Assembly (NCBI GenBank): GCA_963842355.1
Contig: CAWJGC010000006.1
Location: 54,072 to 118,071 of the forward strand
DNA from: an uncultured Actinomycetota bacterium
Lineage (GTDB): Bacteria > Actinomycetota > Actinomycetes > Streptosporangiales > Streptosporangiaceae
Reading direction: 5' to 3'
DNA: 64,000 bases
Both the position numbers and the translations under genes were made by a program. The notes beneath the pieces were generated by a model that searched no databases, was not told where the DNA came from, and saw only the letters and a program-made list of their open reading frames with translations. Positions 59,935-64,000 of the stretch are shown here, piece by piece (the stretch's first letter is position 1; each line of letters begins with the position of its first letter).

Positions 59935-61197
59935 TCAGGTCACGGTGGCGCGGGCGGCCGGGAGGTCCTGGTACCGCCGGTCGGCCATGATCTGGCGCAG
60001 GATGTCGAGCGCGTCCCAGACGTCGGCGAAGCGGGTAAAGGCCGGGGCAGGGCCGAGCCGCAGCCGGTCCGGCGTGCGGTAATCGCCGATCACGTTCTTC
60101 CTGATCAGCGCCTGGCTGATCCGCCACGCCTCCGGGTGCGCCAGGGTGACGTGCGCGCCGCGGCGGGTGTCCGGCCTCGGTGAGGCGACCGTGATGCCGT
60201 AGGGGGCGAGCCACGCATCGGCCAGGGCGATGAGGTAGCCGGTCAGCGCCACGGCCTTGGCGCGCAGCCGGCCGATCCCGGCCTCGGCCAGCAGCCGCGC
60301 GCCCTCCTGGACCGCGACGGTCCCGATGACGTCCGGCGTCCCGGTCAGGAACCGGCCGATGCCCGGCGCGGGATCGTAGCCCTGGCCCATGTCGAACTGA
60401 TGGCGCTGGCCGAACCAGCCCCACACCGGCTGCCGCAGCCGTTCCTGCAACTCGCGCCGCACGTAGACGAACGCGGGCGCGCCCGGCCCGGCGTTCAGGT
60501 ACTTGTAGGTGCAGCCGACGGCCAGGTCGGCGCCGGCCGCGTCCAGGGTCACCGGGACGGCGCCCGCCGAGTGGCACAGGTCCCACAGCGCGAGCGCCCC
60601 GCTCTCGTGCACGATCCCGGTGATCTTCGCCATGTCGGCCAGCGCGCCGCTGCGGTAGGCCACGTGCGAGAGGCTGACCAGCGCGGTGCGCTCGTCGACA
60701 GCGTCACTGAGCACGTTCTCGTCGAGGCCCTGGCCCAGGTCGGAGCCGATCATGCGGAGCTCGACGCCGCGCTGGGCGGCGATCCCCTCCAGCACGTAGC
60801 GGTCAGTCGGGAAGTTATCGTCGTCGGTCACGATGACGGTCCGGCCGGGCCGCGCGTCCAGTGCGGCGCAGGCCAGCTTGTACAGGTTGACCGTGGTCGA
60901 GTCGCACACCGCGACCTGGCCGGGCGCCGCCCCGACCAGGTGCTCGCCAAGGATGTCGCCGGCCTGCCCGGGCAGGTCGATCCATCGGCCCCAGGAACGG
61001 ACCAGGCCGGACCCCCACTCCTGGCTGACGACCTCGGCGATGCGCGCCCGGGTGGCCCGCGGCAGCGGCCCGAGCGAGTTCCCGTCCAGGTAGATCAGCG
61101 ACGGGTCGTCGCGCACGAACCGGTCCCGGAACCCGGCCAGCGGATCCCCCGCGTCCTGCTCCTCGGCATAGGACCGGTCCGCGGAAAACGTCGCCAC
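59935..61197 (-). CDS. kynU: kynureninase
   Basis: YLDGNSLGP and the PLP-Lys motif CTYKYLNAGPGA. 420 aa. Confidence 0.85.
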   Translation of the reverse strand: MATFSADRSYAEEQDAGDPLAGFRDRFVRDDPSLIYLDGNSLGPLPRATRARIAEVVSQEWGSGLVRSWGRWIDLPGQAGDILGEHLVGAAPGQVAVCDSTTVNLYKLACAALDARPGRTVIVTDDDNFPTDRYVLEGIAAQRGVELRMIGSDLGQGLDENVLSDAVDERTALVSLSHVAYRSGALADMAKITGIVHESGALALWDLCHSAGAVPVTLDAAGADLAVGCTYKYLNAGPGAPAFVYVRRELQERLRQPVWGWFGQRHQFDMGQGYDPAPGIGRFLTGTPDVIGTVAVQEGARLLAEAGIGRLRAKAVALTGYLIALADAWLAPYGITVASPRPDTRRGAHVTLAHPEAWRISQALIRKNVIGDYRTPDRLRLGPAPAFTRFADVWDALDILRQIMADRRYQDLPAARATVT

Positions 61198-61396
61198 GGC
61201 CCCACCCTAACCGCGTCGCCCGTTGGCAGGCTCCATGATCCAGGAGCGTTGAGCGCGATATCCGCGCCCGCTGCTCCGGGATCATGGAATGAACGGTCGA
61301 CGGTCAGCCGCTCGCAGGCCCGGGGCCCGGGCATGGGCTCGCCGTCCCGGATTTAGCCGCGTGACCTCTTGCGCCTGGCCCGCAGGCGCAGCACGA

Positions 61397-62404
61397 TCAC
61401 GGCTGCGACGGCGGCCGTGGCCGCGACCGGGATCGCGCGCTTGAGCACCGGCAGGCCGGCCACGCTGAGCAGGTCGATCGCGTCGTCGTCGGCCGGGACG
61501 ACGCCGTCGCGCGCCGCCCCGTAGCTCGCCGGGGCCGGGCGGCCCGAGGACGACCCGTCAGACGCGCCGTCGCGGCGGCGCCGGCCAGGCTCCCGGCGGC
61601 GGCGGCGCCGGCCGGAGTGGCCGCGGGGGCCGGGCGGGACGCGGCACCCGGGAGGCCGTTGCCGCTGGCCGGGGAGTCGGTCAGGGCCAGCCCCCGGTCG
61701 GCGAGCTTCTGCCGGATCTCCTCCACCGACGCCGGGCCGATGTGGTCGATGGCGAGCAGGTCCTCACGGGTCTTGCCGGCCAGGTCGCCCACCGTGTGGA
61801 CGCCCTCCCGGCGCAGGCTGTTGTAGGACCGCAGGGAGAGGTTCAGCTCCTCGATGGGCTGGCCTAGGCCCCCGCCCGCCTCGCCATCCCCCTTCACTGC
61901 GTCGCCGGAGTCGTCGCCGGAGTCGTCGCCGGAGTCGCCGCCGGAGGACGGCGGGGCGGGCTCGGCGGCGAGCATGTTCGCGAGGTTGGAGGCGAAGATG
62001 CCGATCAGCTTGCCGCCCACCTCGGCCATCACGCCCCGGCCGAACTGCGCGGGCCGCCCGGTCACGTTCAGCGTCGTGTGCACGACCACGTGGGTATGGC
62101 CGTTCTGGCTCTCCAGCATCGAGCGCACGGTCGCCGAAGCCGTGCCGGCGCCCCGGGTCTCCTTGCCCGACGCCTCCAGCGTGATCACGTGGGCGTGCGG
62201 GTCGCGCTCGGTGAACCGCGCCGTGCCGGCGTACGTCATCGCGATCGGGCCGACCTTGACCTTGATCCGGCCGTTGATCACGTCGCCGTCCACCGAGTCG
62301 AGGGTGGCGCCCGGCATGCAGGGCGCCACCCGCTCCACGTCCAGCAGCACTGCCCACGCCCGCTCCTCGGGGACCGGGACGGTGAATGAGTGCTCTAGCT
62401 CCAT
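61397..62404 (-). CDS. CoxG-type SRPBCC protein with inserted RNA polymerase alpha-CTD-like HhH domain (3' end frame-disrupted; likely true stop at 61353)
   Basis: Residues 1-145 are CoxG-like. IEELNLSLRSYNSLRREGVHTVGDLAGKTREDLLAIDHIGPASVEEIRQKLADRGLAL matches alpha-CTD. A TM anchor is encoded in the -1 frame, ending at TAA 61355-61353. Confidence 0.7.
   Translation of the reverse strand: MELEHSFTVPVPEERAWAVLLDVERVAPCMPGATLDSVDGDVINGRIKVKVGPIAMTYAGTARFTERDPHAHVITLEASGKETRGAGTASATVRSMLESQNGHTHVVVHTTLNVTGRPAQFGRGVMAEVGGKLIGIFASNLANMLAAEPAPPSSGGDSGDDSGDDSGDAVKGDGEAGGGLGQPIEELNLSLRSYNSLRREGVHTVGDLAGKTREDLLAIDHIGPASVEEIRQKLADRGLALTDSPASGNGLPGAASRPAPAATPAGAAAAGSLAGAAATARLTGRPRAARPRRATGRRATASSRPTTTRSTCSAWPACRCSSARSRSRPRPPSQP
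61901..61936. repeat. 12-bp x3 repeat in the coxG-like linker
   Basis: GTCGCCGGAGTC x3, translating to SGDD repeats on the minus strand. Confidence 0.85.
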
Positions 62405-62407
62405 CGT

Positions 62408-63262
62408 TCAGACTCCTGCCGCAGCCGCCAGTGCCCTCCCGGTCAGCACCCGCGCGAGGTGTCGCCGATAGTCGGGCGCACCGTGCAGGTCACCGGGCGG
62501 GTCGGTGCCCTCACCCGCGTGGGTAGCCGCCGCCCGCAGGGCATCCCTGCTGGCCTCGGCTCCCGCCACGGCCGCCTCGGCCGCCGTGGCCCGCACTGGC
62601 ACCGGCCCCATGTTAGTCAGGCCGATCCTAGCCTCTGCCACCTGCCCGTTCGAACGCTTCGTGAGGGCCGCGACGCCCACGATCGCCCAGGCCTGCGCGG
62701 TCCGGTGGAACTTCTCGTAGTGGTAGCCCCAGCCGCCGAGCTTGGGGACCCGGATGCCGGTCAGGATCTCCGCGGGCTCCAGGGCCGTGGTCAGGTAGTC
62801 GACGAAGAAGTCGGCCGCCGCGATGTCCCGGTCACCGGCCGGGCCGTGGACGGTGAAGGCCGCGTCCAGGGCCAGCGCCACGGCGGGCAGGTCGCCGGCC
62901 GGGTCGCCGTGCGCCAGCGAGCCGCCGATCGTGCCCCGGTGCCGCACCGCCGGATCGGCGACCGTGGCCGCGGCCTCGGCGAGCAGCCCGCAGTGCTCGG
63001 CGACCAGCGGGTCGTGGACCAGCTGATACATGGTGGTCCTGGCCCCGATCAGCAGCGAGTCGCCCGCGTCGCGGACGCCGCGCAACTCGTCGAGCCCGCC
63101 GACGTCGACCAGGAGGCTCGGGTAAGCGAGCCGGAGCCGCAGCAGCGGCAGCAGGCTCTGCCCGCCCGCGATCACCTTGGCCTCGTCGCCGGCGTTGCTG
63201 AGCACGTGCACGGCCTCGTCCAGGGACCCGGGCCGGATGTAGTCGAACTTCGCCGGGATCAT
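62408..63262 (-). CDS. FAD-binding medium subunit of a molybdenum hydroxylase (CoxM/XdhB-like)
   Basis: VIAGGQSLLPLLRLRL FAD motif. The ATG at 63262 overlaps the large-subunit TGA (ATGA). Confidence 0.85.
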   Translation of the reverse strand: MIPAKFDYIRPGSLDEAVHVLSNAGDEAKVIAGGQSLLPLLRLRLAYPSLLVDVGGLDELRGVRDAGDSLLIGARTTMYQLVHDPLVAEHCGLLAEAAATVADPAVRHRGTIGGSLAHGDPAGDLPAVALALDAAFTVHGPAGDRDIAAADFFVDYLTTALEPAEILTGIRVPKLGGWGYHYEKFHRTAQAWAIVGVAALTKRSNGQVAEARIGLTNMGPVPVRATAAEAAVAGAEASRDALRAAATHAGEGTDPPGDLHGAPDYRRHLARVLTGRALAAAAGV

Positions 63263-64000
63263 GAGCCACTTCCTTCCTGGGTCCCGCCGTCCGGCGCCGC
63301 GGCGTCCCCGCGCGCGGCCTGTATCGTCCGCCAGACCTGCTCGGGGCTGCACGGCATCGTGATGTCCTGTACGCCGAGCGGGCGGAGCGCGTCGATGATC
63401 GCGTTCACCACCGCGGGCGTGGAGGCGATCGTGCCCGCCTCGCCGACGCCCTTGACGCCGAGCCGGTTCCCGGCCGGGCTCTCGGTCCGGCTGGTGACGT
63501 AGGACGGCAGGTCGGCCGCTGACGGCACCAGGTAGTCGGCCAGGGTCGTGGTCAGCAGGTTCCCGGCGTCGTCGTAGACCGCCTCCTCGTACAGGGCCTG
63601 GGCGATGCCCTGGGCGATGCCGCCGTGCACCTGGCCCTCCACGATCAGCGGGTTGACCACCTTGCCGACGTCGTCGACCGCCACGTACGAACGGATCTTC
63701 ACCATGCCGGTCTCGGTGTCGACCTCGGTCGCGCACAGGTGGGTGCCGTGCGGGAACGAGAAGTTGTCCGGGTCGTGGGTGGCGTCGGAGTCCAGCGAGG
63801 GCTCGACGCCGTCGGGCAGGCTGTGCGCCGCGAAGGCCGCCAGCGCGATCTCCTGGATGGTCTTGGTCGCGTCCGGGTCGCCGCGGACCGTGAACCGCCC
63901 CGCCGACCACTCCAGATCGTCGGCCGAGGCCTCGAGCATGCCCGCGGCGATCACCTTGGCCTTCTCGACCACCTTGTCGCAGGCGTCGACCACCGCCAGG
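63259..64000 (-). CDS. molybdopterin-binding large subunit of a molybdenum hydroxylase (CoxL/xanthine dehydrogenase family), C-terminal part only (runs off the window)
   Basis: GVKGVGEAGTIASTPAVVNAI C-terminal signature. The N-terminal active-site region is outside the window, so CO-dehydrogenase specificity cannot be judged. Confidence 0.85.
   Translation of the reverse strand, partial: LAVVDACDKVVEKAKVIAAGMLEASADDLEWSAGRFTVRGDPDATKTIQEIALAAFAAHSLPDGVEPSLDSDATHDPDNFSFPHGTHLCATEVDTETGMVKIRSYVAVDDVGKVVNPLIVEGQVHGGIAQGIAQALYEEAVYDDAGNLLTTTLADYLVPSAADLPSYVTSRTESPAGNRLGVKGVGEAGTIASTPAVVNAIIDALRPLGVQDITMPCSPEQVWRTIQAARGDAAAPDGGTQEGSGS

Overview
High-G+C (>70% by eye) actinobacterial chromosomal segment, densely coding (about 55 protein genes). 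I recognised no rRNA, tRNA, transposase, integrase, phage or CRISPR-Cas genes.

Gene order:
1. 22-5214: sugar/polyprenyl-type modification cluster (MTase, prenyltransferase-like, MTase, GT4, gmd).
2. CGNR regulator, DMT and VIT1 transporters, and a cysteine-dioxygenase-like/rhodanese fusion.
3. Minus-strand peptide-type ABC importer operon ending in a HAL-fold protein with a degenerate MIO triad.
4. Gfo/Idh/MocA gene divergent from an Fae-like / enolase-superfamily / HIBADH-like / Fe-ADH operon.
5. hutU-amidohydrolase-hutF-hutI.
6. Flavin reductase, sppA, Nudix-NYN, extradiol dioxygenase, MTase, phosphoesterase.
7. Complete GlgE alpha-glucan cluster (glgE-treS-pep2-glgB) with divergent glgP.
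8. bldC.
9. Crotonase, Ser/Thr kinase, FHA-LuxR regulator.
10. TCA island: citrate synthase-DUF3017-icd-mdh.
11. M20D amidohydrolase, CNNM/CorC, guaA, kynU.
12. coxL(partial)-coxM-coxG-like.

The gene content is mostly housekeeping. The unusual signals are structural:
- A ~54-nt nested-hairpin element occurs twice (21.7 kb and 55.1 kb) with a compensatory base-pair change. Both copies sit next to GC-rich minisatellites.
- A 5 x ~80-bp double-hairpin array with short variable linkers lies at 16.1-16.5 kb.
- Perfect in-frame minisatellites (periods 9-45 bp) are unusually dense inside conserved enzymes (HutI, HutF, TreS, GuaA and others).
- icd has no stop codon and reads in frame into mdh, giving a 743-aa ORF.
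- A CoxG protein carries an RNA-polymerase alpha-CTD-like domain.
- gmd appears to start at CTG.

Three genes are disrupted in a way that a -1 frame change would repair: the kinase, the coxG-like gene and the icd stop. This may reflect 1-nt deletions in the assembly rather than biology. All calls are from manual reading of the ORF track and sequence; no database search was run.
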